This document shows, piece by piece, positions 14,596-27,381 of a DNA stretch of 64,000 bases. Position 1 is the first letter of the stretch; the number at the start of each line of letters is the position of its first letter. Made by a program: the position numbers and the translations under genes. The notes under the pieces are model-generated. The model saw nothing but the letters and a program-made list of their open reading frames with translations. It was not told where the DNA came from and searched no databases. This stretch comes from Octopus sinensis (Eukaryota), in the NCBI RefSeq assembly GCF_006345805.1, contig NC_043008.1, forward strand, positions 58,404,001 to 58,468,000, in the 5' to 3' direction.

Positions 14596-14996
14596 AGGAA
14601 TGGCTGTGTGGTAAGTTGCTTGCTTACGGGCCACATGGTTCCGGGTTCAGTCCCACTGCGTGGCACCTTGGGCAAGTGCCTTCTACTTTAGCCTCGGGCC
14701 GACCAAAACCTCGTGAGTGGATTTGGTAGACGGAAACTGAAAGAAGCCCGTCGTATATATGTATATATGTATGCGTGTGTATATATGTTTGTGTATCTGT
14801 GTTTTTCCCCCCAACATCGCTTGACAGCCGATGCTGACGTGTTTACGTCCCCGTAACTTAGCGGTTCGGTAAAAGGAGCCCGATAGTATAAGTACTAGGC
14901 TTACAATGAATAAGTCCTGGGGGTCGAGTTGCTCGACTAAACGCGGTGCTACAGCTTGGCCGCAGTCAAATGATTGAAACAAGTAAAAGAGTAAAG
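14596..14996 (+). mobile_element. SINE-A, full length
   Basis: A-box TGGCTGTGTGG, B-box GGTTCAGTCCC, core, AGTAAAAG tail. Confidence 0.93.
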
Positions 14997-15026
14997 GGAT
15001 ATGTTTGCGAGTTTATATTTATAGTA

Positions 15027-15405
15027 TGGAAGCACTCCGTCGGTTACGACGATGAGGGTTCCGGTTGATCCGAATCAACGGAACAGCCTGCTTGTGAAAT
15101 TAACGTGTAAGTGGCTGAGCACTCCACAGACACGTGCACCCTTAACGTAGGTCTTGGAGATATTCAGCGTGACACAAGGCCGGCCCCTTGAAATACACAT
15201 ACAACAGAAACAGGAAGTAAGAGTGAGAGAAGGTTGTGGTGAAAGAGTACAGCAGGGATCACCACCATCCCCTGCCGGAGCCTCGTGGAGCTTTCTTAGG
15301 TGTTTTCGCTCAATAAACACTCACAACGCCCGGTCTGGGAATCGAAACCGCGATACTATGACCGCGAGTCCGCTGCCCTAACCACTGGGCCATTGCGCCT
15401 CCACA
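15027..15405 (-). mobile_element. SINE-C (tRNA-derived), full length
   Basis: Minus strand GGAGGCGCAATGGCCCAGTGGTTAGGGCAGCGGACTCGCGG..GGTTTCGATTCCC; collinear with 44582-44953. Confidence 0.9.
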
Positions 15406-15463
15406 TTTATAGTATATAGCATACATATTTACATAATATATTCATATATACAACATACACACG

Positions 15464-15496
<33 letters not shown>

Positions 15497-16172
15497 ATAT
15501 ACATATGCAGATATACATATATACGCACATATTTATGTGTGCGTATGCATATATACTATGCATGCATACATGCGTGTAGGCTGTATGTGTATATAAATGC
15601 TGATACATATGTACTGGTGTGCATATATATCTGTATAGGTGTGTGTATTTTATATATGAAAATACATTAGCATAATGCTGGTGTTTTGTATCTAAACACA
15701 CCACGAATCAAGCAGTGCTTCTAGTTTTACGTAAACAGAAATTAATACATGGAAAGCAAATTTAACTGATATTAAATCTAAATAACATATTATACTGAGG
15801 TAAATAATTATACAGCAGATTGTCATAGATAATTAATTAATAATTAATAATAGATAATGTTGGTTTCCTGATACAATTATTAATTAGTTATCTATGTATA
15901 ATTATCAATTAACTTACATAGATTTAACATTTTTCCTTATTGATATGAAGCCACTGTTTACGTTCACAATTTGAAATTGTAAAAAAACGTGTCAGATATT
16001 TGATAATGATTCACAGAAGTGCAAATTCATTGCCATGTTGTATATGATAGGTAGGCATAGCCAGGATTTGAAGCAAGATGGTTATCAGTTATTAATACAG
16101 ACGCGCCATTAGCCATTTCAGTTGCAGATGACACTGAATTAAAATAACTGCTAGATAACATATACATATATA

Positions 16173-16359
16173 GGCGCAGGAGTGGCTGTGTGGTAAGTAG
16201 CTTGTTTACCGACCACATGGTTCCGGGTTCAGTCCCACTGCGTGGCACCTTGGGCAAATGTCTTCTAACTATAGCCTCAGGCCGTCCTAAGCCTTGTGAG
16301 TGGGTTTGGTAGACGGAAACTGAAAGAAGCCTGTCGTATATATATAATATATTATATAT

Positions 16360-16404
<45 letters not shown>

Positions 16405-16626
16405 ATATGTTTGTGTGTCTGTGTTTTTGTCCCCCTAGCATTGCTTGACAACCGATGGTGGTGTGTTTACGTCCCTGTCACTTAGCGGTTCGGCAAAAGA
16501 GACCGATAGAATAAGTACTGGGCTTACAAAGAATAAGTCCCGGGGTCGATTTGCTCGACTAAAGGTGCTCCAGCATGGCCGCAGTCAAATGACTGAAACA
16601 AGTAAAAGAGTAAAAGTGTAAAGAGT
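16173..16626 (+). mobile_element. SINE-A, full length
   Basis: Complete head, core and tail. Confidence 0.93.
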
Positions 16627-16632
16627 ATATAT

Positions 16633-16676
<44 letters not shown>

Positions 16677-16699
16677 ACACATATATATTTATATATAAT

Positions 16700-16945
16700 T
16701 GCAGCGTGGAAGGTGTTTATAAGCCATTTAAGAAATACACAAAAATCGTTAGATTCACTTCAACATTTAAATTTAATTTGTCAAAATATTTTCGTCGCTT
16801 TGAGACTGCGACCTGTTCAGTGAAGTGAATCTAACGATTTTTGTGTGTTTCTTAAATGGCTTATAAACACCTTCAACGCTGCAGTTGTTTTCGTTCCAGC
16901 ACACGATCTCAGATCAAGTCACTCGCTATGCAGTACATCTCCGTA
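16700..16945. mobile_element. Fold-back copy of the hammerhead-bearing repeat also at 47870-48067
   Basis: 63-bp inverted arms 16700-16762 and 16821-16883 (2 mismatches); spacer holds GTCGC..GCGAC-GAAAATATTTTGAC on the minus strand. Confidence 0.8.
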
Positions 16946-16992
16946 ATATATATATATATATTATATATATATATATATATGTTTGTATGTAT

Positions 16993-17042
<50 letters not shown>

Positions 17043-17049
17043 TATATAT

Positions 17050-17440
17050 CTTTTGTCATTCACGTGCTACTGTGGCCATGCTGGGGCATCACATTAAAGA
17101 ATTTTAGTAGAACGAAATGACCTCGATACTTATATTTTAAAGTCTGGCTTGTATTCTATCGGTCTATTTTGCTGAACCACTAAGTTATGAGGACGTAAAA
17201 ACAGCATCATCGGCTCTCAAGCGGTGGTGGTGGGGGGGATAAACACAGACACAAAGACACACATGCACATGTATATATACGACGGGCTTCTTTTCAGTTT
17301 CCGTCTGTCAAATCCACTCAGAAAGATTTGTTCGACCCGAGGCAATAGCAGATGACACGCGCCCAAAATGCAATGCGGTGGGACTGAACCCGAAACCGTG
17401 TGCTTGGAAAACAATATTCTTACCACATAACCACCTGCGT
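17050..17440 (-). mobile_element. SINE-A, older diverged copy
   Basis: gacgggcttcttttcagtttccgtc core, gggactgaaccc B-box, tggccatgctgg tail. Confidence 0.8.
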
Positions 17441-17606
17441 TTCGTCTACTATAGATAGCCTCGTTTAATTTAAGCAAAAAGAAAACAACACCAATAACAT
17501 CAACGGCAACCCACCAATAAAAATAACATGTTTTTCTTCGTGTTTTAGGTCTGAAGATGTTTACGTTAAGCATTGCCTGCTATATAAGTGTCTCTCATCA
17601 GTCTGG

Positions 17607-17734
17607 AAGTATAGGTTTAAACTGTCTTGGACACTACATCATTCCCCTCCCTATCGGTTCTTCCTCTCTTTCAACTTAAATAAACAGATAAACCAAGATA
17701 AGGACATGTCTCTTTCATAACCTTCCAATATACA

Positions 17735-17797
<63 letters not shown>

Positions 17798-18814
17798 AGA
17801 GAGAAGCAGAGATTGAAAATCTGAGATTGTAATTTCTCAGTTTATTGATTCCAGTTAATTAACTCTTTCACATGAGAGCTGAAATCATAGTTTGGATTTG
17901 ATTAAAATGTTCGATCTATTCCATGTGGTTTGTTTACAACATAATTATAACGTTATTACTGTAGCGTATAATGTATACCAGGTGCATCCCCTGCGGTGTA
18001 CAAGAGTCAGCAGATATGTTGTGTGATATCCTTTTATCATGGAAAAAGCAACATGAACATTAACAGCAACAACAACAACAACAATAGGAACTGCACTGTA
18101 TCATGCATGAACATGGATAACAATAAAAAAGAGGGAGTAGGAATTGCATTATAACCAAAGCCAAAATAACATGTAACAAAAATATGGACAAGGAGATTTA
18201 GAAGATAACAGCATAGTAATAGCGATATCACCATTATCATGATCATCGTTATCGTTATCACCACGCCTATCACCAAACAAAGGAACGTCATCAGATTCTT
18301 GAACATCAGCGAAAATCCATATCCTTACAAATTGAGCTGGTTCATAAGAATACAAATTAAAATGACAAAATCATGAAATTAATAATTAACTAAACAGAGA
18401 ATCTCGGCATAACATTACACAGTATTTATGAAAATCAAATTCATAAATTAAGAATAAATTATCAACTAAGTGATGAAGAGGTCTCTAGAGTAATTTGACT
18501 CTGGCGGAAATAGCAGCCAAATTTCTCTCAAGTAACACCCAGCGGTCTTCAATAAAGAAGGCCACGTGATATACAAAATAATGGTAGAATGTCTTTCATC
18601 ATAGAGTGGCTCGCTCAAGGCTGACCGGGGTGGTGGACAATATCAATCACAGCAGTGAAATGCTGTCCAATTAACAAGTCAAGATTACAAGTATAGGTTT
18701 AAACTGTCCTGGACACTACATCATTCCCCTCCCAGTCAATTCTTCCTCTCCTTCAGCTTAAATAAATAAATAAGCCAAGAAAAGACATATCTCTTTCATT
18801 TCCTTCCAATGTAC

Positions 18815-18817
<3 letters not shown>
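17607..18817 (+). repeat. ~130-bp direct repeat pair (17607-17736 and 18689-18817)
   Basis: aagtataggtttaaactgtc(t/c)tggacactacatcattcccctccc...ccttccaat(a/g)tacaga occurs twice, each followed by a microsatellite. Confidence 0.8.
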
Positions 18818-18872
<55 letters not shown>

Positions 18873-19444
18873 TTCATCACTTAAACGTTTCTTGTAGTTA
18901 TTTGCTTCATACCGTTTTTATATGTTGCAACTGAGGTATGTCTCAAAATACTGCCACAGAAATCTCTGCCCATCATTAGCTTAGCCAGATTTTCAATTTC
19001 ATGTTGTTTGTGTCTGTCTATATTATATATATATCATAGATAGACTCTATAACAGCGATTTCCAAAGTGGGCGGTATTGCCCCACCCCCATACCCGGAGG
19101 CGATTCATGTAAAAATTGGGGCGAAAATGGGGTGGTGAAAGAAAGATAATGGGTTTAATAGGTCGAGTTTAATTTCTGAACAAGAATTGCTTTGAATTTG
19201 CTTCAGAAAGAGGTCTATGCTTGTGATTGTAACTTGGAATAGGGCCGCGAAGAATATGGCTAGGTGTCAAGGGGGCAATAGCCCGAAAAATTTTGAGTGG
19301 TCTGCCTCCTCTATTACGATTGCGGAAGTTTCTAAAATAAAACATATGATATGACTTATTGTTGAGCACGAAAAAGCGAGCTTCCCCTAGGTTGATCATT
19401 AATGGTATAGAGATGTATATGTACAGGGAATGTATCCATAAAGG

Positions 19445-19742
19445 GGTAGGAGTAGCTGTGTGGTAAGTAGCTTGCTTAACAACCACAACGTTGAGAGCAA
19501 GAAATTTTTGATAAAGAGTAAAAGTACTTATCCTTTCTACTATGGACACAAAGCCTGGAATTCTGGGGTAGGGGTTAGTTATATGATCGACGCAGTGCAC
19601 AACTGGTATTTAGTTTATTGACACCGAAAGGGTGAAAGGCAAGGTCAACCTCGGCGGAATTTGAACTCAGAGCTGAGCGACAGGCAAAATACTACTAAAT
19701 ATTTTGTCCAGCGTGCAAAAAATCCTGCCTGCTTGCTGCCTT
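19445..19742. mobile_element. Chimeric junction: SINE-A head (+) fused to SINE-B (-)
   Basis: ggtaggagtagctgtgtggtaagtagcttgc (19445-19486) joined via ~45 bp to a reverse-complement SINE-B (~19530-19742). Confidence 0.8.
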
Positions 19743-19851
19743 AAGATAAACGTAATTCTAACCACAATTATCAGCAAACTGCAAAATCATGAAAGCATTT
19801 TCTATAATAAACAATATTAAGAAAATAAAATATCTGTAATTACTCATTTCA

Positions 19852-20029
19852 CTCTTTACTCTTTTACTTCTTTCAGTCATTTGACTGTGGTCATGCTGGA
19901 GCACCGCCTTTAGTCGAGCAAATCAACCCCAAGACTTATTCTTTGTAAGCCTAGTACCTATTCTATCGGTCTATTTTGCCGAACCGCTAGTGTGTAGTGT
20001 CTATGTGTGTATTTTGTTGGGGGGGGACA

Positions 20030-20074
<45 letters not shown>

Positions 20075-20238
20075 CGACGGGCGTCTTTTAGTTTCCGTCT
20101 ACCAAATTCACTCACAAGGCTTTGGTCGGCCCGAGGCTATGGTAGAAGACACTTGCCCAAGGTGCCACGCAGTGGGACTGAACCCGGAGCCATGTGGTAG
20201 ATAAGCAAGCTTCTTACCACACAGACACTCCTACGCCT
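19852..20238 (-). mobile_element. SINE-A, full length
   Basis: Complete reverse-complement copy. Confidence 0.92.
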
Positions 20239-22570
20239 ATTAAATATATAAAGTTAATAAGTTATTTGTAGTAATGCAAATGGCGGTCTATCGCTTCTAG
20301 TTATACACCGCTGGTGACAATGCGCTTTCACGTACTGTTTTACATATTCTATGGTACCACCATGTTGGCTAAGTGGCTAAGCTAACAGGCCCCTTGAACG
20401 GAACACCAGTTCGTCACAGAGTTACCCCTTTACAGCTGAACGGACTGGGCAACGTGAAATAAAGGTGTTTGCTCAAGATCACGATACACCGCCGGTTTTC
20501 GAGTCGAAATAACTATCTTATGTACATGAATGCACTATTCTAACCTATAAAATTGATAAGGTTGTTCTCACATGGATGTGGTTAAAAAATGGGGTGTCAC
20601 AAGCAGTGTATAATTCTATAAGTGCAACGCAGAATATGACTGAGATCATTAAAACATTAATATGTATGCTTCTACACCTTGAAAAAAAATGTTATTCTAA
20701 ATTTCTTATTAGAGAAATATTGTTAAAAAACAAACATGATATATATATATAAGAATTTTTTGCGTAATGTGATAAACTCACGTACTCTTTGTACTTCATA
20801 CGCTTACTTCCACAAACTTCTTTGTCTACATTACCGTTATAGAACTTCGCTCTGCCTTCAAGGTATGAAAATACCTACATCGGCTTGATTTTTTTTTTAC
20901 CTATTTTTTTCTTTTGTTTTTTCTACAGAAATCAAAAAAGATAATATAGACACAATGTGAATATCATTGTTGTGAAACGCGACTTCAAACTTGAGCAAGC
21001 TATGGTGAAATAATCCCAACTGCTGTGGCCTTTTTTTTTCTTATTCATAATGTGCATATAAGACAACAATACCAACTAGTAGATTGAAATTTGAATAGGA
21101 ATTCTTTATAACGTCTCTGAAGTGCAGCTGAGATTATTTTGGCGACTCGCAATGTTAGTGAGTTGAAGGCTTCAAGTCAACTTAATATTAATCAAATTTA
21201 CAATTAAAATTAACGATAATATACATCAATTTGACAATGATTTAGATCTATATAAATGAATTGGGGAAAATAAATCAAAATGGCAGATAGTCCTATGTTG
21301 AAATGATTCTTGAAATAAATGCAGTGAAATTTATCCTACAAGGAATAGAAAACGGGTCTCAGAATATGCTTACCAGAAGATCATTTCTCACTTCATGTTT
21401 TATAGTTTTCATTGCTAGAGACACTAGACGCCATTAAACAGGTGAGTGACACAAGACCAAGGAAAATGATTCAATTTTTCCTATACTGATAAATGACAGA
21501 GAGTGGTTAAAATCAGCTCCATAAATCGATCGTAACGATTCAATCTACAGCGAAAGATTTAACGATAATATTGTTCTTAAAATATTGGCGGATGAAAATA
21601 AACAGTCAGTAGTATACCTGGACGTTTCTGCTACATTTGCCGACACTTCACTCTGAAAATAACCCGGGTAACATATATTCCCGGTCGTATACATTATTGT
21701 CTCCAAAATTCGCATCAGCGATAATTTGTTTGTTTGTTTGTTTTTTTGCATTTGATGTATTCATATTCATCCAAGCAGAAAAGATCAATAACAAATAAAG
21801 CTCAATCTTATTTTAGTCGCGCCTTTTCATGTTTCCGGTAATCCGAAGGCAAAAGAAGATTAATTTCTGATTCTTCTGAGATTTTAATTCAGTGAGAAGT
21901 AAGAGTTAAATATAAAAGATAATGCACTAAAAAAGACAAAATAAAAAAATATATATAGAAGCCAAAAATCATTAAACTAAAAATCCGATACACGACAAAT
22001 TGATAGCTCGCCAAAAAGTAAAATATTTCTGATGATAACATAAATAAAATCAAAATTTTAACATAAGCGTCGAGTCAACTGATGGATAGTCGCTAAAGTT
22101 TGGTAGGATATTGCTGTTCAGAATTAGTGTCTGTTTAGAAACATTAATAGAATGGCATGTAATTTTATCTTCTCTGACTAATGACATACCAAATGTGGTT
22201 TCGCTTTGTTGTCGTAGCACAAATATAGTTTCGTTTTATATAGATTGTATAATTTAATATATTATATACGGCGTCGAGAATGACTGCATGACACAAAATC
22301 TGACGTTAGAGAACATCCAGCAAAATAGCTTCTGTGTGGTTGTTTATTCAGATAGAAATAGCACACAAATTTCCCTCAAATCATATTGTCTTCTCTTGAC
22401 AAATAGAATTAGACATTAGATAAAGTTTCCCAACAGACTGCTAAAAGAGGTGGTTTTATAATGAATTTAATGCTTTTCAGGTTTGTCCTATTCAGCCAGG
22501 GTTAAACAACAATAACAACAGCAACCGCACAGCAAAAGGACCTTTCCAATTCATTATTACTATAACAGGA

Positions 22571-23185
22571 AGGCGGCGAGATGGCGGAACCGTTAGCACT
22601 CCGAGCAAAATGCTTAGCGGTATTCGTCAATCTTTACTTTCGGAGTTCAAGTTCCGCCGCGGTCGACTTCGCCTTTTATACTTTCGAGGTCGATAAATTA
22701 AGTACCACTTTTGTACTGGGGTCGATCTAATCGACTAGCCCCCTCCCACCAAATTTTGTGCCTTGTGCCTATTGAAGAAAATATTATTATTATAACAGGT
22801 AAAGATGGCGCGCTGGTAGGATCATTAGCACGCTGGGCCGAATGCTTAGCGGTATTTCGTGCGTCTTTATGTTGTGAGTTCAAATTTCGCCGAAGACGAT
22901 GTTGCCTTTCATCCTTCCGAGGTCGATTTGTGCCAAAATTTGAAATCCTTATTGCTTTAACAGATAGGCAGCGAACTGGCAGAATTATTCAAAAGTCCGA
23001 TAAAATACTTAGCAATATCTATCGCAGAGTATTTCACTCTCTGAGCTCAAATTTCGTCGGATCAACTTTTTATTTTAATCCTTTCGGAATCGCTAAAAAT
23101 AAAGTATATATACTGGGGATGTGAGCGTCGACTATCCCCCATCTTCCTCTAATTGCTGGCTTTGTGCCTGAATTAGAAATCGTTA
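22571..23185 (+). mobile_element. Three tandem SINE-B copies
   Basis: GGCGGCGAG.TGGC.GAA.CGTTAGC..GAGTTCAAATT..GTCGACTT..GGTCGATAAA repeated at ~22571, ~22803 and ~22965 with differing divergence. Confidence 0.85.
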
Positions 23186-23693
23186 TTACTATAATGGATA
23201 AATAATGACGAACTATTTATTTCTTTACTTCTGAAAGTTACACTCTCAAGAAGTATGAAGTATGAAACATGTCATTAATCATTATAATCAGCATCTCTGA
23301 TCACTGGAGATTTGTCTATATTGATTTCATAGAAGTAAATTGGAATTTTGCCGCGGGTTAGACTACATCAGATAACGCTATTCATGAATACAATACTCTG
23401 TTTTTGTCACAGCTCAAAAATAGAATATTTTCAGTCGAATCGTTTTGTTATCTAATAAAATTTGTCAATATTCAAATTATTAGAAAACCATCAAATTGAC
23501 TCCTGTATACGTTTCCAATCTGTAGAAATTGCTTGTAAATTAACAAATTACTACCACCACCCGATCCTCATGACCAGTAAATAAGGCGCGACGTTAGGGT
23601 TTTATAATTTATTTTTAGACCTCTCAACTAAAAAGCCATGAATTTGTTTCTCGTTGCTTCCTTCTTTCACAATCTCTGATTATTTATAGTGTT

Positions 23694-23950
23694 CATCATC
23701 ATCATTGTTCGACCGTGGTCGAGACAATGGAATTTACCATGCTACGCCAGACTTCACGGCCATCATAGCATTACGGAGGTCCTGTTACTGGATGCCTGTA
23801 TCCCTGGAGATTACATCAGGGTCGGAGAGTGTGCGCCCTCTGGTATTGCGAGTAGATGGCTTCCAGAGGAGAAGAGTAGAAATTACTTCTTTTTCAGCTC
23901 TACAACAATGTCCAGCAAACTGGACTCTCCTACCTTTCACAAGGTAGTGT
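23694..23950 (-). mobile_element. RTE-type LINE 3' end with (TGA)n tail
   Basis: Minus translation VKGRRVQFAGHCCRAEKEVISTLLLWKPSTRNTRGRTL..DVISRDTGIQ*QDLRNAMM, then after a frameshift EVWRSMVNSIVSTTVEQ, followed by tgatgatgatg. Confidence 0.85.
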
Positions 23951-24454
23951 TCCGTACATCATGGGAAAACGGGTGGTGAAACCAGAAGTTCAAATCTCAG
24001 TTTTACACACTTCTTTAAAGAGTAAAAGGGAAATGATGACAAAAGCGGTTACTTAGCCTGTTTGTGGCCCCTTCTTCGGATTCCACTAAGCATTTTACTC
24101 CTACAGAAGCAGGTTTTAATGAAAAGGTTAACTAGAATGGATCTACTCCGTCATTAGTTTGCAGCTGAGCAGGAAAAAGAAAAGACCGCAGTGCGGAGTT
24201 GCCATTAGAGAGCTAGAACAAATGCAGCAAAGCTTCCTATTTGATACTCTAATGACTCCATCAATTCGCCATCTTCAAAAGAAATGTATTGATTAAACAC
24301 TCTAGAGATGTACTAGTGATTGACTGATGGATTTTTTCCTGATCAAATCAAAGACTTATCAACGAAGGATGATCTTTATTGACACAGAGAAGGAGCGAAT
24401 GTGGAATGTTGTGTTCATGTGTTTCTCAAATACATTAAATAATTAACATTACAA

Positions 24455-24672
24455 CACTTTATACTTTTTCACTTGTTTCCGTCATATGACTGCAGCCATG
24501 CTGGAGCACCGCCTTTAGTCGAGCAAATCGACCCCCAGGACTTATTCTTTGTAAGCCTAGTACCTATTCTATCGGGTCTCTTTTGCCGAACCGCTAAGTT
24601 ACGGGGACGTAAACACGCCAGCATCGGTTGTCAAGCGATGTTGGGGGGACAAACACAGACACACAAACATAT
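24455..24672 (-). mobile_element. SINE-A 3' half
   Basis: Tail through to the internal (TG)n only; abuts the 97-bp inverted duplication. Confidence 0.9.
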
Positions 24673-25936
24673 AACTAACCCCTACCCCAGAATTCCAGGC
24701 TTTGTGCCCATAGTAGAACGGATAAGTACTTTTACTCTTTATCACAAATTTCTTGCTCTCAACGCTATTCTATATTAACAAATGTTTGTGATTGTTTAGC
24801 TTTGTATTGTCTTTTTTCCTCTCTTTTACAGATTGTGCAAAAGTTCGTTTGTATTCAGTATTAAATATATATTTTTTTAATGACTGTGTGTCTGTCTCTG
24901 TTTCCTGGAGTCTATTTCACACTCAACACAAAGATTAAATACCGCCATTAAACAAAGTCTGTTCAGATGGAAGAGACGCAACAACAACAACGACGACGAC
25001 GACGACGACAACAACACAGCAACAACAATAACCATAACAACAACAACAACAAGAAAATATTTAACTGTATAACTAAAGACGTCAGTGACGAGTATAGTAA
25101 TTGTAAAAATGAAAATAACATCAAATTCAACACTTTCTTTCAATGTTATAGTTTTCGAATGATACTTACACACAAACTTGCATATATACACACATATATG
25201 CATGTATATAAGCATGTATGAATGTATTGTGTGTGTGTGGTGTCTATGTGGGTATGTGTATGTGTGTGTGTGGGTGTAAAAGTAGGTAGATAAATACATG
25301 TGTGGGTATATTTTTCTGTTTCTGTTTGTAACCGCTTGACAACCGAAATATAGCAGTTTGGGGAAAATGTTGATAAAATGAATTCCATAATTTTCCAAAC
25401 TTTTTAAATAGTTTAAATATCTTCTTCGAGATATACTTGAGAAGTGCGTCTGTAAAATTTCTATTTCAACTTCGGAAGGAAGTCACATAAACTGTGAACG
25501 ACTCTTCTACAATTATATTCAGGAGTATGAGACATTTTGGCACGGCTGCTTTGGTACCACTGCTTAGATGCTGACTTATTTGACTTAAGACATTTTTAAG
25601 TTTCCCTCATACTCTTCTCCTCTGTCTAGCAGAGACAACTGGATTTATTATAATCCTTGAAAATAGTACCCCAGTATAACAATAGTCCAATGTGTAGCAT
25701 AAGTAAATGAGCTTGTATGCACACTCATGTGCATATACAACCAAAAACATATACACACACGCTCGCACGTACAAACCAGCAATTATAGACACGCATGTTT
25801 ATATAACACAATTTTGTATATATATATTAAAATTCAAACTATCTTTAGTTTATATGCATGGAAGAAACTGGTGCACGCACTTATTAATATATGAATATAT
25901 ACACATGCACATACATTTATGTATGTATTATATATA

Positions 25937-26140
25937 CTCTTTACTCTTATCTTTTTACTTGTTTCAGTCATTTGACTGTGGAGCACCGCCTTTTTAGTCG
26001 AGCAAATCGACTCCAGGACTTATTCTTCGTAAGCCTAGTACTTATTCTATCGGTCTCTTTGGCCGAACCGCTAAGTTATGGGGACGTAAACACGCCAGCA
26101 TTGGTTGTCAAGCGACGCTGGGGAGACAAACACAGACAGA
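25937..26140 (-). mobile_element. SINE-A 3' half
   Basis: Reverse complement of the SINE-A tail region. Confidence 0.9.
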
Positions 26141-26204
26141 CAAACACACACACACACGCACACACACACACACGCACGCACACACACCACACACACACAC
26201 ACAT

Positions 26205-26241
<37 letters not shown>

Positions 26242-26330
26242 GTTTGACATTTATAGAAAAACAAAAGGCAAAGACAGTTGTATGAACAAGGAGCAAGTTT
26301 GCTAGTTTGACGCTCGAGAAAATGAAAAAG

Positions 26331-26368
26331 TCTTTTATCTTTCGAGCCTACGCTCTTCAACAGAAAGA
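26331..26368 (-). ncRNA. Hammerhead-like motif with U6 core variant
   Basis: UCUUU-CUGUUGA-A-GAGC-GUAG-GCUC-GAAA-GAU-A-AAAGA; sister copies at 1025-1057 (-), 13714-13745 (-), 56306-56333 (+). Confidence 0.5.
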
Positions 26369-26450
26369 AATAAGAGAAAATAAACAGAGAGAATGAAAAA
26401 AAAACTTGTAGATTTAGCAGTCAGACATGGCAAATGATTAGAAAAAAAGT

Positions 26451-26485
<35 letters not shown>

Positions 26486-27040
26486 TGTTTGTTTATTTGT
26501 GCTTGTGTTTGTGCATGTGTGTGTGTGTGTGCGTGCGTGTGTACAGCTATATACACTTACGACACGCATACTCCTCGAATGTATGCATGAAAATCCTTGC
26601 AAGCGTATACACATAACACGGTTTACATTTATTTATGTACGCGTTTCGATTCTTAAAAGGATTCATATCAATATTTGCATACATGCATACATACATACAT
26701 ACATACATACATACATACATACATGCATGCATACATACATACATACATACATACATACATGCATAAAGACATACGTACATATATACATACATACGTACAT
26801 ACATACATACAAACATACATACATACATACATACATACGTACATACATACATACATACATACATGCATACATACATACGTACATACATACATACATACGT
26901 ACATACATACATACATGCATACTTATATACATACTCATATTTGTATTCAAATATATATGTATATATTCTATATCCTAAAGTTCAACGCACACACACACAC
27001 ACATATATATATATGTATATATATTATATTATATATATAT

Positions 27041-27077
<37 letters not shown>

Positions 27078-27344
27078 GAGTTTAGAAGAAGAATTGAATA
27101 GATGATAATTAATAAAATGCTGTTATCATATTTCAACAATAAAACGAAGAGGAAGGAAGTGAAAGAGTTAGAAAAAAAGAATAAAATTTAAAACAGAAAA
27201 CGGAAGCCAAACAAAAGACAAATGTTGATACGGTCAGGACATGTGCACTAAGGTAAGATGCAGACGAGAAGAGAAGGATGAAGAGAAAAAGTTAGGTTCA
27301 TATGTTAATAATTAGAGGGAGATAGAGAGACAAGGAAAGAGAGG

Positions 27345-27381
<37 letters not shown>

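Noticed and set aside
15027-15405. tRNA genes
   Set aside because: The A/B-box sequences here and in the other SINE heads lack a complete cloverleaf and continue into SINE bodies.
19052-19305. Possible hAT-type MITE starting CAGCGATTTCCAAAGTGGG
   Set aside because: No matching right TIR or 8-bp TSD could be identified.
24967-25221. Gln/Arg/Asn-rich ORF, or poly-Thr exon after an acceptor
   Set aside because: Built from (CAA)n/(CGA)n triplet repeats; other frames stop quickly and there is no independent support.
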